Notes under the pieces: generated by a model
Seen by the model: the letters and a program-made list of their open reading frames with translations, nothing else
The model's database searches: none
Told to the model about the DNA's origin: nothing
Origin: Deltaproteobacteria bacterium
Lineage (GTDB): Bacteria > Myxococcota_A > UBA796 > UBA9615
DNA length: 64,000 nt
Assembly (NCBI GenBank): GCA_002724675.1
Contig: PBPL01000101.1
Location: 8 to 64,007 of the forward strand
Direction: 5' to 3'
Position numbers and translations under genes: made by a program
In this document: positions 38,740 through 47,649 of the stretch, one piece after another
Numbering within the stretch: the stretch's first letter is position 1
Layout of the letters: each line of letters starts with the position of its first letter

Positions 38740-40881
38740 TCAGTGCGCGGCGTGCGCGGCTTCTTCGCCGAGCGTCTCGCCGAGGGCAGCCTTGCGGGAC
38801 AGCCGGATCTTGCCCGACTTGTCGACGTCGATGCACTTCACGAGTACCTCGTCGCCCTCCTGCAGGATGTCAGTCACCTTGTTGACCCGTGCCTCAGCCA
38901 GCTCGCTGATGTGCACAAGGCCATCGGTGTTGGCGAAGATCTCCACAAAGGCGCCGAAGTCCACGACCTTCTTCACGATGCCCAGGTAGAGCTTGCCCAC
39001 CTCGGCTTCCTGCGTCAGCTCACGGATCATACGGATAGCCGCCTCACAGGCCGCCGAGTCCGGCGACGAGATCGTGACCACGCCGACCCCAGAGGAGTCG
39101 TCCACGTTTACCTGAGCGCCCGTGGCCTCCACGATGCCCTTGATCGTCTTGCCACCGGGGCCAATGACGTCCCGGACACGGCTCTGGGCAATCTCCAGCT
39201 GGTGAATGCGGGGCGCGAAGGGGCTCAGGTCATCCCGTGCCTCTCCCAGCACCGTATTCATGCAACCGAGGATGTGCTCTCGTCCCTCACGCGCCTGGCT
39301 GAGCGCCTTGCGCATGATCTCCGAGCTCACGCCCTTGATCTTGGTGTCCATCTGGAAGGCGGTGACACCCGCGCGGGTGCCCGTGACCTTAAAGTCCATG
39401 TCGCCCAAGTGGTCCTCATCGCCCGAGATGTCGGACAGGACGGCGTATCGCTCGCCTTCCTTGATGAGACCCATGGCGATACCGGCAACCGGTGCTTTCG
39501 TGGGGACACCAGCGTCCATCATGGCGAGGGACGCACCGCACACCGAGGCCATCGACGAACTGCCGTTGCTCTCGGTGATGTCGGAGACGACACGCACCAC
39601 GTAGGGGTAGTCCTTCTGAGGGACGACCGGGTGCACCGCGCGTCGCGCGAGAGCGCCATGGCCGATTTCCCGGCGACCGGGACCCATCATGCGACGAGTC
39701 TCTCCCACCGAATAGGCGGGGAAGTTGTAGTGCAGCATGAAGCGATTCCAGCCCTGCTCATCGAGTTCATCGATGCGCTGCTCGTCCATGCGTGTACCGA
39801 GCGTGCAGGTCACCAGCGCTTGCGTCTCACCCCGGGTGAACAGGGCCGAGCCGTGGGTTCGCGGCAGCACACCGACCTCCACGTTGATGTTTCGCACCTG
39901 GTCCGGGACACGACCATCCAATCGGACACCCTCGTCCAGGAGACGTCCACGCATCAGCTGCTTGACCAGCTTTCCGTGAATCTCACCCAGCTGCTTGCGG
40001 CGACCCGCCTTCTCGTCGTCACTGGCGTCATCGGCCGCAGCGAACTTCTCTCGAATCGCCTCCTTCACGGCCTTGAGCGCATCCTTGCGGTCGTGCTTGC
40101 CTTCCACCTGGAAGGCGTCGACGATCGCCGAGCTGAACTCCGCGCGGACTTCGTCGACGAGCGACGAGATGTCCTCCTCCTCCGTCACGGTCATCTTGGC
40201 CTTACCGACCGCTGCCACCAACTCCTTCTGGAGCTCAATGATGGGCTGCGCGGCCTGGAAGCCAAACTCGAGACCGGCGACGATGTCTTCTTCGCTGGCC
40301 TCTTCCATTCCGCCCTCGACCATCGTGATGGCCTCGCTGCTGGCGGCAATGATCATGTCGAAGTCACTGTCCTCGAGCTGCGTCAGCGTGGGGTTGGCTA
40401 CCCACTCGCCATTGATGCGACCAACTCGGATGCCCGCGATGGGACCGTCGAACGGAATGTCCGAAATGCAGGTCGCAGCCGAGGCGCCGGTCAGCGCCAG
40501 GACATCGGTGGGGTTCTCCTGGTCGTGCGACACGACATAGGCGAGAACCTGAATCTCAGCACGCCACGTCTTTGGAAACAGCGGCCGGATGGGACGGTCC
40601 ATCATGCGGGCAACGAGAATGCTCTTCGGCCCGGGACGACCCTCACGCTTGAAGTAACCACCTGGGATGCGACCAGCGGCAGCCGCCATGGGTCGGTAAT
40701 CACAGGTCAAGGGCAGGAAGTCAGTGCCAGGACGGCCCTCACTCGCACCCGTTGCCGCGACCAGCACGACGGAATCGCCATACCGGACCAGCACCGAACC
40801 GCCCGCCTGCTTGGCGACGCGTCCGGTCTCAATGGATAGTTGTTTTCCGTTGATCTCAACGGACTTAATTGTAGTTGCCAT
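38740..40881 (-). CDS. pnp: Polyribonucleotide nucleotidyltransferase (PNPase)
   Basis: It has two RNase PH domains plus KH and S1 domains. The start is chosen at M21 ([20 protein letters not shown]). Confidence 0.9.
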   Translation of the reverse strand: MATTIKSVEINGKQLSIETGRVAKQAGGSVLVRYGDSVVLVAATGASEGRPGTDFLPLTCDYRPMAAAAGRIPGGYFKREGRPGPKSILVARMMDRPIRPLFPKTWRAEIQVLAYVVSHDQENPTDVLALTGASAATCISDIPFDGPIAGIRVGRINGEWVANPTLTQLEDSDFDMIIAASSEAITMVEGGMEEASEEDIVAGLEFGFQAAQPIIELQKELVAAVGKAKMTVTEEEDISSLVDEVRAEFSSAIVDAFQVEGKHDRKDALKAVKEAIREKFAAADDASDDEKAGRRKQLGEIHGKLVKQLMRGRLLDEGVRLDGRVPDQVRNINVEVGVLPRTHGSALFTRGETQALVTCTLGTRMDEQRIDELDEQGWNRFMLHYNFPAYSVGETRRMMGPGRREIGHGALARRAVHPVVPQKDYPYVVRVVSDITESNGSSSMASVCGASLAMMDAGVPTKAPVAGIAMGLIKEGERYAVLSDISGDEDHLGDMDFKVTGTRAGVTAFQMDTKIKGVSSEIMRKALSQAREGREHILGCMNTVLGEARDDLSPFAPRIHQLEIAQSRVRDVIGPGGKTIKGIVEATGAQVNVDDSSGVGVVTISSPDSAACEAAIRMIRELTQEAEVGKLYLGIVKKVVDFGAFVEIFANTDGLVHISELAEARVNKVTDILQEGDEVLVKCIDVDKSGKIRLSRKAALGETLGEEAAHAAH

Positions 40882-40941
40882 CTTGGCAGTCTCTTTCGTC
40901 GCGGTCAGCAGCCCCTGGGCGAAACCCCTTGGTTCCGCCAT

Positions 40942-41154
40942 CCACGTTTCCGTGGGACTGCCGTCTTCGTAGGCTCCCGAGGCACCCGCGCTGACCGCGT
41001 GGGCAGGGGTGGACGTTCCCCGGGAGATGCCAGCGCTCTCCTTCCCCGTTCCGGGGGAGCGCGCTGAACCAATGGAAAGGAGCCGGTCGGCTCCTGGCGC
41101 GAAACTGTTCCGCGCAAATGGTCAGAGCGCTGCGCTTACTGCGCAGCAGAGGAG
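40942..41154 (-). promoter_or_regulatory. rpsO-pnp intercistronic leader containing GC-rich hairpins (for example GGAGCCGG/CCGGCTCC near 41079-41094). It resembles the rpsO terminator / pnp autoregulatory leader.
   Basis: It is a 213-nt non-coding spacer between rpsO and pnp. Inverted repeats can be seen by eye. Confidence 0.3.
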
Positions 41155-41418
41155 CTACTTCCGCAGCCCCAATTCCTTGATGATGCTCTTGTACCGACCA
41201 AAATCGCCACCCCGGAGGTAGTCCAGGAGGCCACGGCGCCGGGCAACCATCATCAAGAGACCGCGCCGCGAGGCATGGTCCTTGTGGTGGGTCCGGAAGT
41301 GGTCGGTCAAGTTGTTGATTCGTTCGGTCAGCAGCGCGATCTGGATCTCGGGGGACCCGGTGTCACCGTCGCTGCGGGCGAACGTCGAGATGAGCTCGGC
41401 TTTTCGCTCGGGGGTCAT
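41155..41418 (-). CDS. rpsO: 30S ribosomal protein S15
   Basis: 87 aa with …[40 protein letters not shown]…. Confidence 0.92.
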   Translation of the reverse strand: MTPERKAELISTFARSDGDTGSPEIQIALLTERINNLTDHFRTHHKDHASRRGLLMMVARRRGLLDYLRGGDFGRYKSIIKELGLRK

Positions 41419-41583
41419 CGTATTGTCTCCTCCGCCGGTGCCGGCCCCGGAACACCCGGAAATCGCACACCGCAGATAGGTTTTCGGCGCGAAGGGTAGG
41501 GTCTAAAGCAGAGGAAGTCAATGATTCACTGCGAGGCGAGTTCCGTGTCACCAGCACCAAGCGCTGGAGCGCCACGAGTCAAG

Positions 41584-42660
41584 TCACCGCAGGACCCGCT
41601 CCACTTGAAAGACAACGGCACCCGCTTCTCGCCGGGAGAGCGAGCCCCGAGAACAGGTGGCGCGCACGACAGCGACCCCCCGCAAGCCATTCCCATCCTC
41701 CAGCACGAGCCGATCGCCCTCGTGGAAGTCGAGGGCCATCAGCGCGGGATCTTGCTGGAGCTCCGACTTCCTCAGAGGCTGGCCTGACCCCACTCTGGCG
41801 GCCAGGAGGTCCGGGAGACGCAGCGTGGGCAAGCCTCCCAGGAGATCGGCTACCGGACACAGCGCGCCAGCCAGGAAGTCCCGCCAGCGACGAGCGTTGT
41901 CTTCGGGCACGAACCGGATCACTTCCCCACCCTCTTGAAGAGCCTGACGCTCAGTGCGCCACTGCTCAGACTTCTCCACGATGTGGTCCAAGGGCAGCGC
42001 ATCATCGACACTGAGAGAGCCCGTGCTCGTACGCCGCAGCATATGCAAGTGGCCACCAACACCCAACACCTCACCCAGATCGTCAGCCAGTGCCCGCACA
42101 TAGGTTCCTGCTCCGCACTTGACCTGAATCACGACATCAGCCGTCGACTCGGCTTGCTCCAGACCCATGAGCTCAATCCCATGAATCACCACGTCCTTGA
42201 CGGGCAGTGCCACCTCTTCCCCTGACCGGGCGTAGTCGTAGAGCCGGCGACCCTCAACGCGTGCTGCGGAGAAGCGAGGCACGGTCTGCTGCTGCTCACC
42301 GAGGAAGCCCTTGAGAGCCTCGCGAATGCTGGCCTCGTCCACAGCCGACGCATCCCTCTGCTGCGTCACCTCGCCCGTCGGGTCCATCGTATCGGTGCGC
42401 ACTCCCAGACGGACTACAGCCTCGTAGCACTTGTCCTGGTTCTGGAGGTAGGGCATCACCCTCGTCGCTCCATTCAGGAGCAACGGGAGCAAGCCTGTAG
42501 CAAAGGGATCCAGCGTCCCGCCATGGCCTACTTTGCCGAGGCGTAGCCTGGCCTTGATGCGCTGGCAGACCTCATGCGAGGTCACGCCGGCAGGCTTGTC
42601 CACCAACAAGACCCCCTGCAGGATCGTATCGGCACCGTTGCGACGACGTCGACGGCCCAT
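41584..42660 (-). CDS. truB: tRNA pseudouridine(55) synthase
   Basis: It has …LLVDKPAGVTSHEV…GHGGTLDPFATGLLPLLL…, which includes the catalytic Asp motif. Confidence 0.85.
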   Translation of the reverse strand: MGRRRRRNGADTILQGVLLVDKPAGVTSHEVCQRIKARLRLGKVGHGGTLDPFATGLLPLLLNGATRVMPYLQNQDKCYEAVVRLGVRTDTMDPTGEVTQQRDASAVDEASIREALKGFLGEQQQTVPRFSAARVEGRRLYDYARSGEEVALPVKDVVIHGIELMGLEQAESTADVVIQVKCGAGTYVRALADDLGEVLGVGGHLHMLRRTSTGSLSVDDALPLDHIVEKSEQWRTERQALQEGGEVIRFVPEDNARRWRDFLAGALCPVADLLGGLPTLRLPDLLAARVGSGQPLRKSELQQDPALMALDFHEGDRLVLEDGNGLRGVAVVRATCSRGSLSRREAGAVVFQVERVLR

Positions 42661-43106
42661 CAGCCTTGTCCCTCCTGCTCCGAGTCGTCCCCAGCGGTGG
42701 CCTCGGGAGCTGTCATGGGTTCCGAGGGAGTCACAGACTCTGCGACCTCCTCGTCCGCATTCAGTCCATCCATGAGGTCATGCATGTCCACCAGGTTTGC
42801 GACGCCAACGTCATACCGAAACGAGAGCTTCGGGGTGAAGCGAAGACGTAGGTTTCTCCCGGCTTTGCGTTGGAGAAAGGTGGACGCGGCCCGAAGACCA
42901 GCCTCAAGCTCGGCGACCCTCTCCATGTCACCGATTCCGGCCATGGGAACGAAATAGACTCGCGCTTCCCGCAGGTCGTCGGTGACTTCCACCCGAGTGA
43001 TGGTCACAGACTGGACTCGGGGGTCTTTCACCTCGCGCTGCACCAGGCGGGACAACTCCACCTGCAGCTGCTTCCCCACACGATCGCCTCTTCGGATTGT
43101 GGTCAT
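42660..43106 (-). CDS. rbfA: Ribosome-binding factor A
   Basis: The start is chosen at M53 (MTTIRRGDRVGKQLQ…). It has …ITRVEVTDDLREARVYF…. Confidence 0.8.
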   Translation of the reverse strand: MTTIRRGDRVGKQLQVELSRLVQREVKDPRVQSVTITRVEVTDDLREARVYFVPMAGIGDMERVAELEAGLRAASTFLQRKAGRNLRLRFTPKLSFRYDVGVANLVDMHDLMDGLNADEEVAESVTPSEPMTAPEATAGDDSEQEGQG

Positions 43107-43162
43107 AGCGCGCCTTCTACCCGCTAGACGGCCCCACGTCACGCGCTGAGACCGTTCGAGGC

Positions 43163-43747
43163 TCAGAAGAACTCCTTGGGAAGGAACGCGGCCACGTCGA
43201 TCACACGGTAGAGCCGCTCGTCCTCTCGGCTCTTCATGAGACGAATACGGCGCATGTTCCAAGTGGAGTTCCAGCGCAGCTCCGCCGTGGACTCGATGGG
43301 AGAACCGAGATCCAGCGGAAAGCCAGATGTTCCCAGCGCAGTGGGGATGTCCATCAAGTGCTCTAGATCCTTCCGAATACGATAAATGCGACCGTCGTAG
43401 GTCCAGACCTCAGCTCGCTCGAACACCACCTGGCGCTCATTCTCGGGGAGGTCCTCGTAGCGAAGTTGCTCCCCCAACTGGTCCTGCACAACATCCGCCG
43501 GCAGCTCCGACAGCTTGCGTCGCGACAGGTACGGGATGTCGATGTGGAGGCCCGTTCGTTTCTCATAACCGACCTGCACGCGAGCGGAGGGTACACTGGC
43601 TGCGGGCTCCGTCGTAGCGGCCGAGGGACGTGCTGCAAGCCGGGCGTCTTCCTGCTCGATCAGGCTCGGTGGCAGTGTCCCGTCCGATGAGCAACCCCAT
43701 GCCCCCAACAGAAAGGCGACGACGAGGGCAGGGACAGCAGGCACCAT
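43163..43747 (-). CDS. Hypothetical lipoprotein
   Basis: The start is at M19. It has a signal peptide plus the lipobox LLGAWGC. It occupies the position where infB is usually found upstream of rbfA. Confidence 0.5.
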   Translation of the reverse strand: MVPAVPALVVAFLLGAWGCSSDGTLPPSLIEQEDARLAARPSAATTEPAASVPSARVQVGYEKRTGLHIDIPYLSRRKLSELPADVVQDQLGEQLRYEDLPENERQVVFERAEVWTYDGRIYRIRKDLEHLMDIPTALGTSGFPLDLGSPIESTAELRWNSTWNMRRIRLMKSREDERLYRVIDVAAFLPKEFF

Positions 43748-43833
43748 TGCGACATCCTGCGGCCCAGCAGCGCCGTTGACAAGGCCTTCTCGCCCACCCA
43801 AGATGACGACGCCTACGCTCCGGGACCCCCACC

Positions 43834-44517
43834 ATGGCTATCACCGTCAGGTTGTTTGCAGCCCTCCGCGAGCACGTCGGACACAGCAAGCTTGAGTTGG
43901 AGTTGGCACCGAACGAGACCGTGGGTTCTCTGTTTGACCGACTCTTCGTCGACCCAGCCCTCCAGGGACTGAGACCGTCGCTGCTCTTCGCGGTGAACCG
44001 GGACTACGTGAGCCACGACCACGAGCTTCGCGATGGTGACGAGGTCGCGTTCATCCCCCCACTGGGCGGGGGTGCTCCCGGTCCAGAGGGCGAGCCCATA
44101 GCCCGCGTGTTTCTGTCTCGGGAACCTCTGAACCTGTCCGCGCTGATTGACTGCGTTCGCGGACCAGGCCGGGGTGGAATCACGACATTCACCGGAACCG
44201 TCCGGGACCACTTTGAGGGCCGACCTGTCCTGCACCTGGACTACGAGGCCTACGAAGAGATGGTCCTACCCAAGATGGCCGAACTGTGCGAGATCATCGA
44301 GACCCGATGGCCGGAAACTTCGGTCGCTATGGCTCATCGAGTCGGCCGGCTCCACATCGGAGACGAGGCTGTCCACGTGGCGGTCGGCGCACCGCACCGG
44401 GACGCCGCCTTCGCAGCGTGTCGGTTCGCAATCGACGAACTCAAGGCCACCGTTCCTATCTTCAAGAAGGAGATCTACGAGGACGGCAGCCAGTGGAAGG
44501 CGCAGGGTGGTGGCTGA
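43834..44517 (+). CDS. Molybdopterin synthase MoaD-MoaE fusion (MoaX-like)
   Basis: The N-terminal MoaD/ThiS-like fold (MAITVRLFAALRE…GDEVAFIPPLGGG) ends in GG and is followed by a linker. The MoaE domain follows (…TFTGTVRD…LDYEAYEEM…VAMAHRVGRL…IFKKEIYEDGSQWK). Confidence 0.75.
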   Translation: MAITVRLFAALREHVGHSKLELELAPNETVGSLFDRLFVDPALQGLRPSLLFAVNRDYVSHDHELRDGDEVAFIPPLGGGAPGPEGEPIARVFLSREPLNLSALIDCVRGPGRGGITTFTGTVRDHFEGRPVLHLDYEAYEEMVLPKMAELCEIIETRWPETSVAMAHRVGRLHIGDEAVHVAVGAPHRDAAFAACRFAIDELKATVPIFKKEIYEDGSQWKAQGGG

Positions 44518-45238
44518 GGACACATTTCATTTCCGCTCGTCTCGGGGGCGAGCGGATCGCAACCCCTACGTGGACCGCATCAAGGACTTCGGCTCCCATG
44601 CGCTCCGCGCCGAGGAATCTGAGCCGCTGAGAGGTCACTGGCGAGAGGCCATCGGCAAGAGCGCCGACGCACCCCTGTTGTTGGAGATTGGCCCAGGGAA
44701 TGGTTTCTTCTTTGCCGAACTAGCCCGACGCCACCCAGAAGCCGCCGTGGTCGCCGTGGAGATTCGGTTCAAGCGGGTCTGGCTCACCGCCAAGAAAGCC
44801 CTAGAGGCTGGGGCCCATAACTTTCGTGTGATTCACCACCACAGTCGCCACCTGCCGGACCTGTTCGAAGATGGCGAGCTGGACGCCGTGTTCATCCACC
44901 ACCCCGACCCCTGGCCCAAGGAACGGCACCACAAGCATCGACTCTTGCAACCCAGCTTCGCCAACCAGCTGGCGCGCCTCCTGCGAACCAACGGCGAGGT
45001 CTGGCTCAAGAGCGACTTCGAGCCCTACGGACCGCTCGCTCGCGAGGTCTTCTCGGGGAGCGACTTCTCCGAAATCGAGTACACCGCCGACCTGCACGGA
45101 AGACCAAGTCTCGAAGCCCCAGAGGACGTAGTGGCCCGCTTTCGCATGGCCGACGTGGCTACGAACTACGAGGTCAAGTCTCGGAAAAAGGGCGCTCGAA
45201 TCATGCTGGCGGGCTACCGTCGTCAGCCGGTGAGCTAG
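44507..45238 (+). CDS. trmB: tRNA (guanine46-N7)-methyltransferase
   Basis: It has …LLLEIGPGNGFFFAELA…VAVEIRFKRV…FIHHPDPWPKERHHKHRLL… The GTG start overlaps the moaDE 3' end by ~10 nt. Confidence 0.8.
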   Translation: MVAEDTFHFRSSRGRADRNPYVDRIKDFGSHALRAEESEPLRGHWREAIGKSADAPLLLEIGPGNGFFFAELARRHPEAAVVAVEIRFKRVWLTAKKALEAGAHNFRVIHHHSRHLPDLFEDGELDAVFIHHPDPWPKERHHKHRLLQPSFANQLARLLRTNGEVWLKSDFEPYGPLAREVFSGSDFSEIEYTADLHGRPSLEAPEDVVARFRMADVATNYEVKSRKKGARIMLAGYRRQPVS

Positions 45239-46406
45239 AGCCCATCTGACGGCTCTGACTCAGCAATCGTCGAACGCTGATTCGGTCCACTACGAGGAAG
45301 AACCCGCCCAGAACACTCAGCAAGAGAAACTGGCTGCCGTGGACCAACACCGAAAAAGCAGCCGCCTGGTCATAGAACTCCGTGCCGACGACCAGCACCA
45401 CGCCGACAATCACCGCAGCCTCGAAGACCCCGGCAAAGAGCGGGGGTGCCGGCAGAATCAGGAAGATGCAGATCGACGAAAGAATCGCTCCTGCGTCCCA
45501 GAAGCCCACCTGGGCACCGAACTCAAGCCCACGAGCCATCACGAGGATCGAGAACACGTTGAGAACCCACGTGATCACCGTCCAAGCGAGGACTGGAACA
45601 GCGCTACGCAAAGAACCCAACGACAGCAGTGCATCCAGGAACGTGCGCAGCAACCCAGAAACCAGCGATCCCATCCTCTCGCCCGCCAGTCCAGCGAGAC
45701 GACCCGCGAGCGAGACACCCCGGTCCCCCATAGCCAGTAGCACGACGAGAAGACCCGATGCGGGCAGCAACACAGAGAGAATGGCGGTGCGGCCCGTACC
45801 CACCAAGTCCACAGGCTCTCCACCAATACTCACCGGACCATCGGGAAGATCTGCCAGAGCCAGCGCGCCAACAAAGATCGCCCCGAGGGCCAGCATGTCG
45901 AGAACCCGCTCGACAACCACCGTCGCTACACCAGACCCAAAGGGGATCTCTTCCCGCTCGAACAGAAGGTACGGACGCACCACCTCCCCGAGCCTAAACG
46001 GAAGCACGTTGATCAGAAAGAAACCAACAGAGCAGACCGAAAAATAGGTCCTAAAACCGACCCGCGGCTCCACGGCCTGAACCAGACGACCCCAGCGAAT
46101 CGACCGACACACATGAACGCTGAAGAAGAGCCCTAAGCCAGCGATGAAGGTCGGGACATGGACCCCTTGCAGGGCCTCCAGAAACGCCTGACCATCGACC
46201 CCTCGAAACGCGAGATACAAGGCGACGGCACCCACCGCCAACATCACGAAGATCTGAAGGATTCTGGGCAACGTGTTGAGCGCCAGCGAGACGCGCCTAG
46301 AGCTTGTGGATCCGACCGGCAGGAGAGTCAACTCCAGCCAGAGCATTACGACAGTCGACAATCGCCACTGATTTCCGCGCGACCAACTCCCAGTCGATGG
46401 CAGCAT
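45201..46406 (-). CDS. Membrane protein with a lysylphosphatidylglycerol-synthase-TM / flippase-like domain (UPF0104-like)
   Basis: It has ~8 TM helices and …FRLGEVVRPYLL… The start is uncertain, because the ORF overlaps the upstream dehydrogenase 3' end by ~110 nt. Its 3' end overlaps convergent trmB by 38 nt. Confidence 0.5.
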   Translation of the reverse strand: MLPSTGSWSRGNQWRLSTVVMLWLELTLLPVGSTSSRRVSLALNTLPRILQIFVMLAVGAVALYLAFRGVDGQAFLEALQGVHVPTFIAGLGLFFSVHVCRSIRWGRLVQAVEPRVGFRTYFSVCSVGFFLINVLPFRLGEVVRPYLLFEREEIPFGSGVATVVVERVLDMLALGAIFVGALALADLPDGPVSIGGEPVDLVGTGRTAILSVLLPASGLLVVLLAMGDRGVSLAGRLAGLAGERMGSLVSGLLRTFLDALLSLGSLRSAVPVLAWTVITWVLNVFSILVMARGLEFGAQVGFWDAGAILSSICIFLILPAPPLFAGVFEAAVIVGVVLVVGTEFYDQAAAFSVLVHGSQFLLLSVLGGFFLVVDRISVRRLLSQSRQMGSSSPADDGSPPA

Positions 46407-47649
46407 GATCCGCGGTCACCACGACACAATCAAAGGAGGAGAGCATCTCTTCGCCCAGCGACTCCGAAGCCAGCAACTCCCCCGAGACAAGCTCCAAGTG
46501 TGGCACATGTGGATCGTGGTACCGGATCTCAGCTCCCCGAGCGATCAGTAACTGAATGACATCGAGCGCCGGGCTCTCCCGAGTGTCGGACACGTTGGCC
46601 TTGTAGCTCACACCTAGGATGAGCACTCGACTGCCACGCACCGACTTGGAGTCCTCGTTCAGGCTCTCAGAGACCAACTCCACCACATGAGCCGGCATCG
46701 AGGTGTTGACCTCGGCGGCCAACTCGATGAACCGTGCGCGATAGTTGAGTGTCTTGAGGATCCAGGAAAGATAGTGCGGATCCACAGGGATGCAGTGCCC
46801 ACCCAGACCGGGGCCTGGATAAAACTTCATGAAGCCAAACGGCTTGGTGGCGGCGGCATCGATCACCTCCCAGGTGTCCAGGCCCAGCTTGCGACACATG
46901 AGCGCGACCTCGTTGACCAGCCCAATGTTCACCGCTCGAAAGGTGTTCTCCAGTAGCTTGGCCATCTCCGCTGCTCGGGTAGACGACATGGGGACAACCG
47001 TCGTCAAGAAGGTGTTGTACAGCGCGCAACCCACGGCAGTGCACGAATCGGTGATGCCGCCAACGAGACGCGGTGTGTTGCGGATATCGAACGAGAGGTT
47101 CCCCGGATCGACGCGCTCCGGGGAGAAGCAGAGGAAGAAGTCCTCACCGACCACCAAGCCCTTCTCTTCGAAGACGGGCAAGAGAAGCTCGTCGGTGCTC
47201 CCAGGGTAGGTGGTCGACTCCAGGACAATGAGTTGCCCAGGTCGAAGCCGCTCAGCCACTTCGCGGGCAGCCGTCAGAATGAACGAGATGTCCGGATCCC
47301 GCGTCTTGGATAGCGGAGTCGGCACGCAGATAGAGATCGCGTCCATCTCGGACAAATCATCGAAGCTCGCCCGGGGATGGAATCGACCCGACTGAAGGCA
47401 CTCCTGCAGGACCTTGTCGCTTACGTCGTCAATGTAGGACTTTCCCGCTAATAGACTGTCAATCTTTCGCTGATCAATGTCGTAGCCGGTCACATCGAGA
47501 CCAGCAGAGACCATGGTCATCGCCAGAGGAAGACCCACATAGCCCTGCCCGATGACACCCACTCGAGCCCCACCAGACTGAATGAGCCCAATCAACGCTG
47601 CGCTGGCATCCGTAGCTTGGTCGAGCGGCGTTGATTGATCAGTTCTCAT
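46297..47649 (-). CDS. Nucleotide-sugar (UDP-GlcNAc/ManNAc or UDP-glucose family) dehydrogenase
   Basis: It has VGVIGQGYVGLPLAM…ISICVPTPL…GVSYKANVSDTRESPAL. There is an ATGA overlap with the upstream gene. Confidence 0.8.
   Translation of the reverse strand: MRTDQSTPLDQATDASAALIGLIQSGGARVGVIGQGYVGLPLAMTMVSAGLDVTGYDIDQRKIDSLLAGKSYIDDVSDKVLQECLQSGRFHPRASFDDLSEMDAISICVPTPLSKTRDPDISFILTAAREVAERLRPGQLIVLESTTYPGSTDELLLPVFEEKGLVVGEDFFLCFSPERVDPGNLSFDIRNTPRLVGGITDSCTAVGCALYNTFLTTVVPMSSTRAAEMAKLLENTFRAVNIGLVNEVALMCRKLGLDTWEVIDAAATKPFGFMKFYPGPGLGGHCIPVDPHYLSWILKTLNYRARFIELAAEVNTSMPAHVVELVSESLNEDSKSVRGSRVLILGVSYKANVSDTRESPALDVIQLLIARGAEIRYHDPHVPHLELVSGELLASESLGEEMLSSFDCVVVTADHAAIDWELVARKSVAIVDCRNALAGVDSPAGRIHKL

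Noticed and set aside
38656-40839. 727-aa plus-strand ORF
   Set aside because: It is antisense to pnp, whose product is clearly a conserved PNPase. The antisense reading is Arg/Gly/His-rich low-complexity sequence typical of high-GC DNA.
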